This document shows, piece by piece, positions 34,377 through 43,569 of a stretch of 64,000 bases of DNA. Both the position numbers and the translations under genes were made by a program. This stretch comes from a virus (lineage: Duplodnaviria > Caudoviricetes), in the IMG/VR virus record IMGVR_UViG_3300047160_031539, positions 1-64,000 of that record, one strand, 5' to 3'. Every line of letters starts with the position of its first letter. Position 1 is the first letter of the stretch. Under the pieces are notes generated by a model, which searched no databases, was not told the DNA's origin, and saw only the letters and a list, made by a program, of their open reading frames with translations.

Positions 34377-34403
34377 TATCTTAACCGACAAACAAAACGT
34401 CAA
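34375..34403 (-). promoter_or_regulatory. Sigma70-type promoter TTGACG-N17-GATAAT
   Basis: Read directly; 9 nt downstream of palindrome copy 10. Confidence 0.7.
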
Positions 34404-34412
34404 CGGAAGGCT

Positions 34413-34436
34413 CAGGTGGCGCAAATGCGCCACCTG
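34413..34436. repeat. 24-bp palindrome copy 10 (loop variant AAAT)
   Basis: 2 nt after stop at 34439. Confidence 0.93.
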
Positions 34437-34438
34437 AC

Positions 34439-35449
34439 TCAACCTGAGCAGCAACGCAAGACCGCCTCGGCCACCGCCTCGGGCCGGATCATCTCCAGGC
34501 AGCGGGGGATGGGCGGGTCGCCGGGGACGGGCTGCTCGCACAAACTGCCGTCCTTCTGGTCGTTGTCGCCCAGGGGGACCGTCCGCGACCGCCAGCAGCC
34601 CCCCTCGCGGCAGCAGGACAGGAGGCCGACCGTGTGCAGGGTCTGCTGCAGCGGGTAGGCGTTCCAGGGCACGGGCTCCCGACCCCCCAGGATGCACACG
34701 TAGGGCTTCTTCGAGGCGGCGGCCAGGTGCATCAGCAGAGTCGTGCCGCCCACGGCCCCCTGGGCGTGGTGGAGCAGGCGGACCAACTGGCGGTCGTCCG
34801 TCTTGCCCCGCAGGTCCACCACGCCGTCGAGGTCGGGGTGGCTGTGGCCGTTGTCCCCCTTGCCGACCTGAACAAATTGCACCCGGCCCCGCAGGAGGTC
34901 CACCAGCCGCTGGTAGTTCCGCTTCCCCCAGTGCTTGGCCGTGTAGTCGCTCTTGGTCCCGGCATTAAGCACCCAATACTGCTGGGCCCGGCCCGTCACC
35001 TCGTGGACCTGGGGCAGCCAGGCCTTCTCCTGCTCACTCAGCCAGATCATGGGCCGGTTGGTCGCCAGCGGGCAGGGGACGCGGAGGTTGTCGGCCAGAA
35101 ACTCACAGTAAGCCTGCAGGAAGTGGATGGCCCTCTGGTTGCACTCGTTGACCGCGGGGTAGTGGGTCTGGCAGACCTCAAAGCCCCGCTGGCGGGCCTG
35201 GTCGAGGGAGACCACGTCAGGGTTGTGCTCCCAGAACGCCTGGGCGGTCGTGTCCACGGCAACCTCGAACTGGCCGGGGTTGGCCCTGTGGAGACTGTGG
35301 ATGGCCGCCGTCATCACCAGCACGTCACCCGGTGACAGGTGGTTGACCAGGATCAGGCGGCGGGGCTCGGGCACGAGGGTTCGCGGCCTCCAGGCACAGG
35401 ACTGACAGTCGTGGAGGGTGATTTCATCAAACGAACCGTCCACTTTCAA
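34439..35449 (-). CDS. GT9 glycosyltransferase (in frame with upstream Cys-rich ORF across one UGA)
   Basis: LSPGDVLVMTAA, KHWG, FVQVG, DLRGKT, MHLAAA. Confidence 0.85.
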   Translation of the reverse strand: MKVDGSFDEITLHDCQSCAWRPRTLVPEPRRLILVNHLSPGDVLVMTAAIHSLHRANPGQFEVAVDTTAQAFWEHNPDVVSLDQARQRGFEVCQTHYPAVNECNQRAIHFLQAYCEFLADNLRVPCPLATNRPMIWLSEQEKAWLPQVHEVTGRAQQYWVLNAGTKSDYTAKHWGKRNYQRLVDLLRGRVQFVQVGKGDNGHSHPDLDGVVDLRGKTDDRQLVRLLHHAQGAVGGTTLLMHLAAASKKPYVCILGGREPVPWNAYPLQQTLHTVGLLSCCREGGCWRSRTVPLGDNDQKDGSLCEQPVPGDPPIPRCLEMIRPEAVAEAVLRCCSG

Positions 35450-35455
35450 GCGGGA

Positions 35456-35496
35456 GGGGCAACGGCACTGGAAGACCTCCAGTTCCTTGTCGCCCC
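35456..35496 (-). other. SECIS-like stem-loop immediately 3' of the in-frame UGA (35498-35500)
   Basis: GGGGCGAC/GUUGCCCC lower stem, ACUGGA/UCCAGU upper stem, apical AGGUCU. Confidence 0.4.
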
Positions 35497-35497
35497 C

Positions 35498-35749
35498 TCA
35501 GCCCGTCGAGCACCAGCGTTTCCGGACGGAGCCGTCCTCGTTGCGGACCCGCCTGTAGAGGTGCGGGCAACGGGGCACCTTGGCGGCAAGGGACCGGATG
35601 TCATTGTCGGCCTCGCGGTCGTAAAGGACCTTGTAGGCCAGGTCGTTGACGTAGAGCCAGCAGACCCGGCAGGACTTCCCGTCCCAGGGAGATCCCGTCG
35701 GCGGCAGCAGGGCATCGGCGTGCCCGCAGGGGCGGCCCATGAGGTTCAA
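35498..35749 (-). CDS. Cys-rich ORF ending at a UGA that is probably a Cys/Sec position
   Basis: CRVC...CPHL...WCSTG* then in frame GGDKELEVFQCRCP...DCQSC. Confidence 0.65.
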   Translation of the reverse strand: MNLMGRPCGHADALLPPTGSPWDGKSCRVCWLYVNDLAYKVLYDREADNDIRSLAAKVPRCPHLYRRVRNEDGSVRKRWCSTG

Positions 35750-36732
35750 CTGGTAATGACGATATTGACGCCTCCGTTACAACAGGAGACGCCGCTGGGC
35801 GGCACACGCAGGTTAAAATTGTCGAACTCAAAGAACGGCGGGGAGCAGGAGGCGCTGGAGCCGTCGTCTTTTTGCGTGGCAAAGACGCTACTATCATTGT
35901 TACAGCAAAAACGCAGTTTGAATTTCGACGGCGTCGGGATGCCGACCGCGTTGTCGCAGAAGAAGGCCATCGCGATCACGCCCTTGCCGGCGCACCTGCC
36001 GTCGTAACGGTCAATAAGGGCGTAAAGCCACCAAATGGGGAAGATTAGTCCCTGCCAAAAGGGATCTTTAATCATGAAGCTCAACGGGGCGGCCAGGTAG
36101 GCCAGGGGCACGACCAGGCCGCCCAGACAGCCGCAGCCCGCCCGGTTGACGAAGGTCGCGACCAAAGTCTGCGGCAGAAGTTGGGCCGGCGGGGTGGACG
36201 GGCAGCAGGCCACCTGGACCGGCGGGGGCCCCCCCGAGGAGGACGCCGACGACGAGTAAGACGAGTGCAGGGAAGGGCTGGTGCTCAGGAGGATGTTGAC
36301 CAGGCCCGCACAGGGCGAATTTAACAGACCGCCGAGGTTGACACCCTTGAACAGGGCGTTGAGGGTCACGTTACTCTCGACATCGACACAGTAAAGATTC
36401 ACCGAGTCGGGCGAGTAGACCTGGCCCCCGACCGACAGTCCGAACTGGCTCGCGGTCAACCCGTCGCCGCCGCAGTAGAAGTCGAGTGGGATGCTCGCAC
36501 CGGGCGTACACGTCAAGATCGGGGCGTTGGCCGTCCAGTGCTGCGTGCCGGGGGTGTTGTTGAGCGTCACAGTGGTGTCGTCCAGACAGCCGCAGCCCGA
36601 GACGTTCGTCAGGCGGGCCGTGATCTGGCTCCACATGTACGGCTGGACCGTAAAATAGGGGGCGCAGCACGGGCACACGACCCGGTAGCGGGGCGGCCCG
36701 GAGGGCGAGGACGAGACGGCGGCAACGACCAT
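35746..36732 (-). CDS. Cys-rich virion/tail-associated protein with two repeated domains
   Basis: CPCC...GCGCLD x2 with a Ser-rich linker. Confidence 0.7.
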   Translation of the reverse strand: MVVAAVSSSPSGPPRYRVVCPCCAPYFTVQPYMWSQITARLTNVSGCGCLDDTTVTLNNTPGTQHWTANAPILTCTPGASIPLDFYCGGDGLTASQFGLSVGGQVYSPDSVNLYCVDVESNVTLNALFKGVNLGGLLNSPCAGLVNILLSTSPSLHSSYSSSASSSGGPPPVQVACCPSTPPAQLLPQTLVATFVNRAGCGCLGGLVVPLAYLAAPLSFMIKDPFWQGLIFPIWWLYALIDRYDGRCAGKGVIAMAFFCDNAVGIPTPSKFKLRFCCNNDSSVFATQKDDGSSASCSPPFFEFDNFNLRVPPSGVSCCNGGVNIVITS

Positions 36733-36744
36733 AGCCCGTACCTC

Positions 36745-37236
36745 TCAGGAAGTGACGATGACGTTGCACATGCCCACGCAGCACGGCATGCCGACCGGGT
36801 CGTTCAGGTTAATGCCGTTGAAGGGCACACTCATGACCGGGTTCTGCTGGCCGTCGGAGCAGTGGCAGACCGGGTGGGGGACCGGCTTGACGGTCTGGGT
36901 GTAGGTCTGGGTGTTGCACTGGACCGTCAGGCGGAAGTCGTCACAGAGCAGGCCCGAGCCGCCGCAGGAGAAAGTCACCGACAAGTTGCCCTGGGGGCAG
37001 GAGCCCGGCCCGACGAGCGGGCCGGAGACCCAGGCACCGGCCTCCGGAGGCCCCGGGGCCCGCGTGAGGGCCACCGTCAGGCCGTCCAGGCAGCCGCAGT
37101 CCTGGCCGGGGATCGCCACGAAGGAGGCGTAGAGCGTGCTCCAGGCGACCGGCACCTGGCTGAACTCCCCCTGACAGCAGGGGCAGAGGGTCAGGTAGCG
37201 CGACGGCCCTGGCGAAGACGAGGCGGGTGAAGCCAT
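36745..37236 (-). CDS. Cys-rich protein, single copy of the same domain
   Basis: CPCC...DCGCLDG..V.L...C.C.; SD GGAGG after palindrome copy 11. Confidence 0.7.
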   Translation of the reverse strand: MASPASSSPGPSRYLTLCPCCQGEFSQVPVAWSTLYASFVAIPGQDCGCLDGLTVALTRAPGPPEAGAWVSGPLVGPGSCPQGNLSVTFSCGGSGLLCDDFRLTVQCNTQTYTQTVKPVPHPVCHCSDGQQNPVMSVPFNGINLNDPVGMPCCVGMCNVIVTS

Positions 37237-37249
37237 GCGAGGTCCCTCC

Positions 37250-37273
37250 CAGGTGGCGCAATTGCGCCACCTG
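37250..37273. repeat. 24-bp palindrome copy 11 (exact)
   Basis: 6 nt after stop at 37280. Confidence 0.97.
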
Positions 37274-37279
37274 ATTCTA

Positions 37280-40200
37280 TCAGGGAACGATCGTAACACC
37301 GATGTTCGCGAAGCGGCAGCAGGGCGTGCCGATGTTGTCGTTGTTGTTGATGCCCGTAAAAGTCAGAGACAGGGGCGAGCAACTGCAAGGGCTCGGGTTG
37401 TAAGTCGTCGAGATCGACGACGTGTTGCACTGGAAGATGAGCTGGAAGCCGGTGCAGGCCGTCTGGCCGGCCGGGCAGCGGAGCTGGAGGTTCAGGGTGG
37501 GGTTGCCCGTGCAGGTCGTCGGGATGTTGGCCGACTGCCAGGAGTTCACGACGCCGTTAAAAGTCAGGGTCACCTGCACCCCGTCGATGCAGGGGCAGCT
37601 CGGGGCCGAGATCGTCGCGTGCAGGACCGCCGGCAGCAGGAACGGGGCGCAGCAGCCGGTCGAGATCGTTCCCCCAACCACCGAGGAAGACGACAGCGAC
37701 GGTAAGGGCGAGGAGGGCGAGGAAGGCGAAATCGCCGAGGAGGACGGCGACGGGGAAGAGGGCGAGGAAGAAAGCGACGGCGAGGAAGGCGAGGACAGGA
37801 GAACCGAGGACGAAGACGACGAGGGGGACGAGGGGCTGCTGGCCGGGCTGACGCAGCAGGGCAGGACGACCGAGATGCCGTTCATGGCCGCCGTGCCGGC
37901 CACGCTGGCCGTGCGGACGCCCGTAGGGCAAGGCGTCGGCTGCTGGAACGACACCTCCGTGCCCAGGTCGCCCACCGAGGTGTCCAGGCCCGAGTCCGTC
38001 ATGCCCGGCGGCGGGGTAATGACGATGCCGCCGATCTCGTGGAAGCTGCAGAAGAGCAGGCTGTTGGGCCCACAGCCCAGGGACGGGGCCTGCGGGTTGG
38101 GGGCATTGGTCTGCTGGCCGGCCCCGGTGGGGGCACCGGCCTGGCCGACCGAGGTACACAGGGCCGTGATCCCGTCGGCCCCGCCCGTCGTGCTCCAGAT
38201 GCCCGGCCCGGGGCTGGCCGGGGCCACCCGCCAGTAGGCGTACCCCTGGGCCGTCGTCCCCAGGGCCGTGAAGGCCCCGCCCGTGGCCAGGAATGTCCAG
38301 TTGGGGTCGGGCGTGAACGTCCCGGCCGTCTGGTCCACGGTGAGCCAGGTCAGCATGATGTCCCCGGCCTGCGTCCCGGGGGGCACGGGCACGCTGACCG
38401 ACGTGCCCGCGTCGTGCGTCCAGCCCCGGATAATGCACTGGCAGCCAGCCGACGACGGGCCCGAGGACGAGACCGAAGGCGACGGCGAGGCAGACAGGGA
38501 CGCCAAGGGCGAGGGAGAAGAGGACAGGGAGACCGACGACGGGAAGGAAGCGGAGAACGACGAGGACAGGGACAGGGCGCTCAGGGACGACGCCGAGGGC
38601 GACGAGGGGGAGGAGGACAGGGAGATGCCGACGCAGCAGGGGACAACCGTGCTGATGCCGGCCATGAAGGCCAGGGGGCCGCTGACGGTGGCGTGGAAGG
38701 GACCGACCATGCCGACCATCGGCTGCCTGTAGGAGACCTCCACGGCCGTCCCGCCCGTGTTGACGACCGTGTCCTGGCCCGACTCCGTGAAGCCCGGCGG
38801 CTGTGTAATGACCGCCGGGTTGACGGGCAGTTCGTGGAAGCTCGCGAAGACCAGGTTGTTGGCCGCCGTGGCCACGACGGCCGGGGCCAGGGCGTTGTCC
38901 GAGCGGGTGATCTGGGCCACGCCCGTGGGGATGCCGGCCTGGCCGATCGCTGCCATGACCATCGAGATCTCGTAGTTGTCCACCCAGTTGCTGGCCGGCT
39001 CGTTGGCCCCGGCGACCTTGTAGTACACGAAGCCGCGGATGCGGAAGTTCGTCGCCCAGGTCACGGGCGGCGATTTGACGCACAACGTCCAGGACGGGTC
39101 CGGCACGAAGGCACCGCCGCCACCACCCGGGTTAACGTCCTGCCTCGTCGTGTCGGCCGTGATGAAGGCCAGGAGCAGGTCGCCGGGCTGGTAGCCGGGG
39201 GGCGGCAGGATGGACAGGGTCTCGACACTGTAGCCCTGGACAAAGCCGCGGACGATGCAGGGGCAGTAGGACGACGACGACGACAGGGACAAGGAGCGGG
39301 CCGAGATCGAGGGGGCCGAGACGGAGGAGGCCAGGACGCAGCAGGGCAAGACGACCGAGGCCCCGGCCATCGTGCGGACGCCCGGCACCGAGGCCGTCCG
39401 GATACCCGTGGGGCCCACGGCCCCGAACTGGTAGGAGACCTCCGTGCCCAGGTCGCCCACCGCCGTGTCCAGGCCGCTGTCCGTCATGCCGGGCGGCTGG
39501 GTAATGAACGCCCCGCCGAACTCGTGGAAAGAGCAGAAGAGCAGCCCGTTGGGGGCCCCCGGCGTCGAGGGGGCCTGCGGGTTGGGCGAGGCGGTAAGCT
39601 GGATTGCCCCGGCGGGAATGCCGGCGTTGCCGACCGCGGTCTCCAGGACCGTCATGGCGATCCCGTCCACGCCGTCGGACCAGGCCGCCGCCGGCTCATT
39701 GGCCTGTGCGACCTTCCAGTAGACGAAAGCCCTCAGAGACTTGTCGCTCCCGTAGAGCCAGTAGTCGCTCCGGAGCAGGAGGTTCCAGGACGGGTCGGGA
39801 CTGAAGGAGCCGCCGTTGGGGTCACCCGCGTCGTCGTAGGACGTGTCGGCCGTGATGAAGGCCAGCAGGATATCGCCCGGCTGCGTTCCGGCCGGCGGGT
39901 TCACCAGCAGGAACGTCTGGCCGATGGCAATGGCCCCGTAGGACCAGCCGCGGATCTCGCACTGGCAGGCCCCCGAGGCGGAGGAGACCGACGCACTGGG
40001 CGAGGCCAGCGTGATCGGCAGGGCCGGCGACGACGGGGAGGACGGGCCCACCAGGGGCGGCCCCACGGGCAAGGGCGGCCCGACCGAACTCGGCGAAAAC
40101 GACGAGGACGGCGACGACGGCGAGGAAGCCGGGGAAGAAACGTGGGCCGCCGACGAGGCCGCCGAGGAGGCCACCGCCGGGGAAGACGCCACGGGAGACG

Positions 40201-40630
40201 TTATACCGGCCGAGACCGCCGAGGAAGGCAAGAAGCCGAAGGGAAACTGCAGGCCCGAGGGTGAGGACGACGAACTCGAGCTGACCGGGGCAAAACTCAG
40301 CAGGGACGACGAGGAGAGCGACGGGAAGGGCGCCGGCGCCGGACAGCAGGCCAGGCTGATGGCGTAGAGGGGCAGGCCGGCACCGCCGGGGTGGTTGCCG
40401 ACCAGGCGGCCGCGGTAGGAGCCGGGCACGACCGGGATGCCGTTGGGCTCCCAGACGTAGCAGGCCTCGCGGTCGCGGAGCTTGCCCTGCCCGTCCCACT
40501 TCTGCACGTAGGCCGCGTAGACGCCGCCGCCGGCCGACCCGGTGACCCGGACCAGCTCCCGCAGGGGCGGGTACGACGGCAGCCGGGGCCCCAGAAAGGG
40601 CGGGTTCGTGTTGGTGCTGGCCCGGACCAT
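37280..40630 (-). CDS. Large modular tail-fibre-like protein (1116 aa)
   Basis: Shared N-terminal module, three repeats C.C.IRG...PPG.Q.GD...VLPCC separated by Ser/Pro linkers, Cys-rich C-terminal domain. Confidence 0.75.
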   Translation of the reverse strand: MVRASTNTNPPFLGPRLPSYPPLRELVRVTGSAGGGVYAAYVQKWDGQGKLRDREACYVWEPNGIPVVPGSYRGRLVGNHPGGAGLPLYAISLACCPAPAPFPSLSSSSLLSFAPVSSSSSSSPSGLQFPFGFLPSSAVSAGITSPVASSPAVASSAASSAAHVSSPASSPSSPSSSFSPSSVGPPLPVGPPLVGPSSPSSPALPITLASPSASVSSASGACQCEIRGWSYGAIAIGQTFLLVNPPAGTQPGDILLAFITADTSYDDAGDPNGGSFSPDPSWNLLLRSDYWLYGSDKSLRAFVYWKVAQANEPAAAWSDGVDGIAMTVLETAVGNAGIPAGAIQLTASPNPQAPSTPGAPNGLLFCSFHEFGGAFITQPPGMTDSGLDTAVGDLGTEVSYQFGAVGPTGIRTASVPGVRTMAGASVVLPCCVLASSVSAPSISARSLSLSSSSSYCPCIVRGFVQGYSVETLSILPPPGYQPGDLLLAFITADTTRQDVNPGGGGGAFVPDPSWTLCVKSPPVTWATNFRIRGFVYYKVAGANEPASNWVDNYEISMVMAAIGQAGIPTGVAQITRSDNALAPAVVATAANNLVFASFHELPVNPAVITQPPGFTESGQDTVVNTGGTAVEVSYRQPMVGMVGPFHATVSGPLAFMAGISTVVPCCVGISLSSSPSSPSASSLSALSLSSSFSASFPSSVSLSSSPSPLASLSASPSPSVSSSGPSSAGCQCIIRGWTHDAGTSVSVPVPPGTQAGDIMLTWLTVDQTAGTFTPDPNWTFLATGGAFTALGTTAQGYAYWRVAPASPGPGIWSTTGGADGITALCTSVGQAGAPTGAGQQTNAPNPQAPSLGCGPNSLLFCSFHEIGGIVITPPPGMTDSGLDTSVGDLGTEVSFQQPTPCPTGVRTASVAGTAAMNGISVVLPCCVSPASSPSSPSSSSSSVLLSSPSSPSLSSSPSSPSPSSSAISPSSPSSPLPSLSSSSVVGGTISTGCCAPFLLPAVLHATISAPSCPCIDGVQVTLTFNGVVNSWQSANIPTTCTGNPTLNLQLRCPAGQTACTGFQLIFQCNTSSISTTYNPSPCSCSPLSLTFTGINNNDNIGTPCCRFANIGVTIVP

Positions 40631-40648
40631 TGCACCAGTCTACCCGCC

Positions 40649-43006
40649 TCAGCCCACGTAGCCGTTCTGGATGTCGGGCCTCGTGACCGTGCTCTGCGTG
40701 ATCGAGCCGAACATGCAGATGCCGTACTGAGTCAGGGCCTGCGTGTTGGTCAGGCCGGCCACCGGGAAAGCCACCAGACCCGGCGGGTTGCCGGAGACGG
40801 GCCCCACGAAGCCCGGCGCCTGCTGCGTCCAGAACACCTGGAAATCGTCGCCCTGCACGCCGTTGTGGGCGGTCACGAAGACCTTGTTCGACTCAACCAG
40901 GTTCACGGGCCCCACCAACTGGGTGGTCTGGTAGAGCATCTCGATCGAGACAAGCGGCTTGCCGGGGAGTGGCTGGCAAGTCACGTTGTCGAGGTGGGCC
41001 TCGACGGGGTGGTGCTGGCCCGTGATCTGGTTGACCGGTGCGGCCACGACGCCGATCCCGCAGACGAACGTGCTGTCCGAGACGGTGAGCGTCAGGGGGT
41101 TTCCGGGGTGCGAGTAGTAGGGCAAGGTCACGCCCCGGGTACAGCCCTCCACGTCCCAGTTGGTGAAGGTCAGTTGCGTCTGCGGGTAGTCGGAGGTCCA
41201 GGCCCCCCAGGTGTACTGCGTGTTCGGCCCCTTCTCCAGGGTGCCGCGGTAGGTGAAGCCGTCCAGGGTCAGCCCGTAGGAGTCGTAGCCGTAGATGGTC
41301 CACTGGTAGATGTTCCAGGACGATCCATTCAGGAGGGTGCCGCCGCCCTTGCTGTTGGGGCCGATCCCGCCCGGAGCGCAACCCAAGAACCAGAAGGAAA
41401 GGTAGTTGTTGGTGGCCCCGTACCCCTCGTTATTTTCCCACTTCAAGACCGGGGTGTCGTAGGGGGTGTAAACGACGGACTGGCCGGCCACCGTCGGGTC
41501 GGCCCCCTGGTAGGCGGGGACGGGGAGGGAGGCAGGCACCTGCTTCTGGCCGATGACGTAAGAGTACGAATAAGGCGCGTGGCCCGTGACGTTGGCCGCC
41601 GCGTTGTTCGTGACGATGTGACGTGTGCCGAAGAAGTAAAAACCCGCCCCCTCGGCCTCGTTGGAGTCGCGGTTGCCGTCGCCGATACAGCGGCACACGA
41701 AGTTGGAATCAAAGGTGTTATTGGCGTCCTGGGGGAACTTGGTGCCGATGCCCGCGGACGCGGCCCGGTAGACGAAGTTGCCCTGGACTAGCCCGTAGTG
41801 GGCGTTGTAGGTGGCGATGGCCCAGCGGTGGAAGGGGCTGGCACTGCTGGTCCTGTCCGGGTCGTCGCCCCAGACGGAGCAGCCGACGATCTCCCACTGG
41901 TAGGGCCCCTGCGGCGGGTAGGGGCCGATCATCCCGTTGGGCCCGAACGGGACGCGGTTGTACTGGTTATTCCCGACGTGGATCAGGGAACCGTTGCTCG
42001 AGAAGGTCGTGTTGTCCTCGGCCGCACTCCCCAGCGTTCGCCCCAGCGACTTCAGGCAGGCGTAGTTGACGCGGACGGTGCCGTAGCCGGTCGGCAGGAT
42101 GTGGCCGCGGGTGCCCTGGGCGTGGGCACTCTGAAAGACGACGGAACGGGACAGGTTGCCGACGTGGGGCAGGGCCGGAGGCGCGATGGCACTCCCGGCG
42201 AACAGCGTCCCGTCGAGGTTGTGGCCGCCGTAGTGGTTGTTGGCCAGCGTGCCGGTCAGGAACACGGTCATGCCGTCGGCCGAGACCGAGGCGATGGTCA
42301 TCTCCTCGGTCTGGTTAACGTAGCCCCCCCAGACGGTCGCTTCCACCTGGTTGAGCTGGTGGGTGTCGGGGATGACGACCACGTCGCCCGGCAGCCAGCC
42401 CTGGACCGGGTAGGGGAAGGCCAGCTTGGCCGAACCGCCCGCGGGCTCGGCCTCGACCCGGGCGAAGGAGGTTTTCACCTCCCCCTGGACCAGCAGGTTC
42501 CCAAAAGACACGAGGCCGGGGAAATACTGCTCGGGATCGGTGGTCAGGTCCGTCGGGGTGTCGCTGAAGGTGATCGTCGAGGGGTTGGCGTGCGTGATCG
42601 GGGCCGCGGGCGTGCCGACCTCCAGGGTCCCCGAGGGGGCGACGAGGAACTGGGCCACGGTGAGGCCGGTCGTCACCGCCGGGGAGAAGGCCAGGGTCCC
42701 GCCGACCAGGAGGCCCAGGGAGGCGGCCGAGGGCGTGTCCACGGTAACGACCATGCCGGCCGAGACCACCGTGCGGTCGGCGCCGGTCGGGACCACGCCC
42801 GTATTCCAGACGCCGGGGTCCGACCAGTTACCCGACCGGACGCTGTAGACCGTCCAGGCGGCACAGGGGTTGGGCACGCCCGGCGAGTGCGTGGGCGTGA
42901 GGCTGAAAAGCCCCGTGAAGTTGTTCTGGAAGTACGCGGGGAAGCTGGGAGGCCCGACGGCCCCCACGACCTGGCCCGTCGCGTAAGCGGTGGCGGTCTG
43001 TACCAT
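40649..43006 (-). CDS. G8-domain + parallel beta-helix protein (adhesin/depolymerase-like)
   Basis: SGNWSDPGVW..GVVP....V.V..G..V.VD, GTLEVGT..PI, HVGNLSRSVVF; ATG overlaps the previous stop. Confidence 0.78.
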   Translation of the reverse strand: MVQTATAYATGQVVGAVGPPSFPAYFQNNFTGLFSLTPTHSPGVPNPCAAWTVYSVRSGNWSDPGVWNTGVVPTGADRTVVSAGMVVTVDTPSAASLGLLVGGTLAFSPAVTTGLTVAQFLVAPSGTLEVGTPAAPITHANPSTITFSDTPTDLTTDPEQYFPGLVSFGNLLVQGEVKTSFARVEAEPAGGSAKLAFPYPVQGWLPGDVVVIPDTHQLNQVEATVWGGYVNQTEEMTIASVSADGMTVFLTGTLANNHYGGHNLDGTLFAGSAIAPPALPHVGNLSRSVVFQSAHAQGTRGHILPTGYGTVRVNYACLKSLGRTLGSAAEDNTTFSSNGSLIHVGNNQYNRVPFGPNGMIGPYPPQGPYQWEIVGCSVWGDDPDRTSSASPFHRWAIATYNAHYGLVQGNFVYRAASAGIGTKFPQDANNTFDSNFVCRCIGDGNRDSNEAEGAGFYFFGTRHIVTNNAAANVTGHAPYSYSYVIGQKQVPASLPVPAYQGADPTVAGQSVVYTPYDTPVLKWENNEGYGATNNYLSFWFLGCAPGGIGPNSKGGGTLLNGSSWNIYQWTIYGYDSYGLTLDGFTYRGTLEKGPNTQYTWGAWTSDYPQTQLTFTNWDVEGCTRGVTLPYYSHPGNPLTLTVSDSTFVCGIGVVAAPVNQITGQHHPVEAHLDNVTCQPLPGKPLVSIEMLYQTTQLVGPVNLVESNKVFVTAHNGVQGDDFQVFWTQQAPGFVGPVSGNPPGLVAFPVAGLTNTQALTQYGICMFGSITQSTVTRPDIQNGYVG

Positions 43007-43290
43007 CAGGGGCTCGCGTCCGTGTAGGTCGCCGAGACGGTGTAGGTACTGCCGCCCGGCGGCAGGCCCGTGGCGGTCCCGGAGAGGAGTCCCGACGGCG
43101 ACAGCGTGACCCCCGGCGGTAGGTTCGACGCGGCGTAGGCCGGGGGACTGTAGGGGGCAATGCCGCCCGAGGCGGACGACTGCAACTGGTAACTGAACGG
43201 TGTGCCGATCACGATCGTGGGCGGCGTCGAGACGGTGGCGGCCAGGGCCGGGGCGACGGCACCCTGGGCCGTAGCGGTCGAGGTTTGCAC
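43006..43290 (-). CDS. Putative Ig-domain (He_PIG-like) protein
   Basis: GTPFSYQL..SGG..PY....SNLPPGVTLSPSGLLSGT. Confidence 0.75.
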   Translation of the reverse strand: MQTSTATAQGAVAPALAATVSTPPTIVIGTPFSYQLQSSASGGIAPYSPPAYAASNLPPGVTLSPSGLLSGTATGLPPGGSTYTVSATYTDASP

Positions 43291-43300
43291 AAGGGCCTCC

Positions 43301-43324
43301 CAGGTGGCGCAATTGCGCCACCTG
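43301..43324. repeat. 24-bp palindrome copy 12 (exact)
   Basis: Followed by SD GGAGG and GTG 43290. Confidence 0.97.
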
Positions 43325-43400
43325 ATTTCTCCGGGCAGGCGGGCCGGCCACCTTGCCCAACGCGGCCCGCCCCCCCGGCGGTTGTGGTACAACGCCGACT

Positions 43401-43565
43401 CTACCCGGCCCGGCGGCCCTCCACAAGGGCCAGGCGCGACGCGGCATTGTCGTGGATACGCGACCACAGATACCGCCCCCAGGCATTTTTGGCCACAAAG
43501 GCCCTGTGCCAGCGGGCCAGGGCGTAGGCCAGCACCCGCCTCACCCTCTGGGGGTCCGCTCGCAT
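43401..43565 (-). CDS. 54-aa basic hypothetical protein (below ORF-track cutoff)
   Basis: SD GGAGGTG; MRADPQRVRRVLAYALARWHRAFVAKNAWGRYLW... Confidence 0.6.
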   Translation of the reverse strand: MRADPQRVRRVLAYALARWHRAFVAKNAWGRYLWSRIHDNAASRLALVEGRRAG

Positions 43566-43569
43566 CGCC

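Noticed and set aside
37900-39960. Diversity-generating retroelement template/variable pair in the 1116-aa gene
   Set aside because: Differences between the internal repeats are not adenine-specific, and no reverse transcriptase is present.
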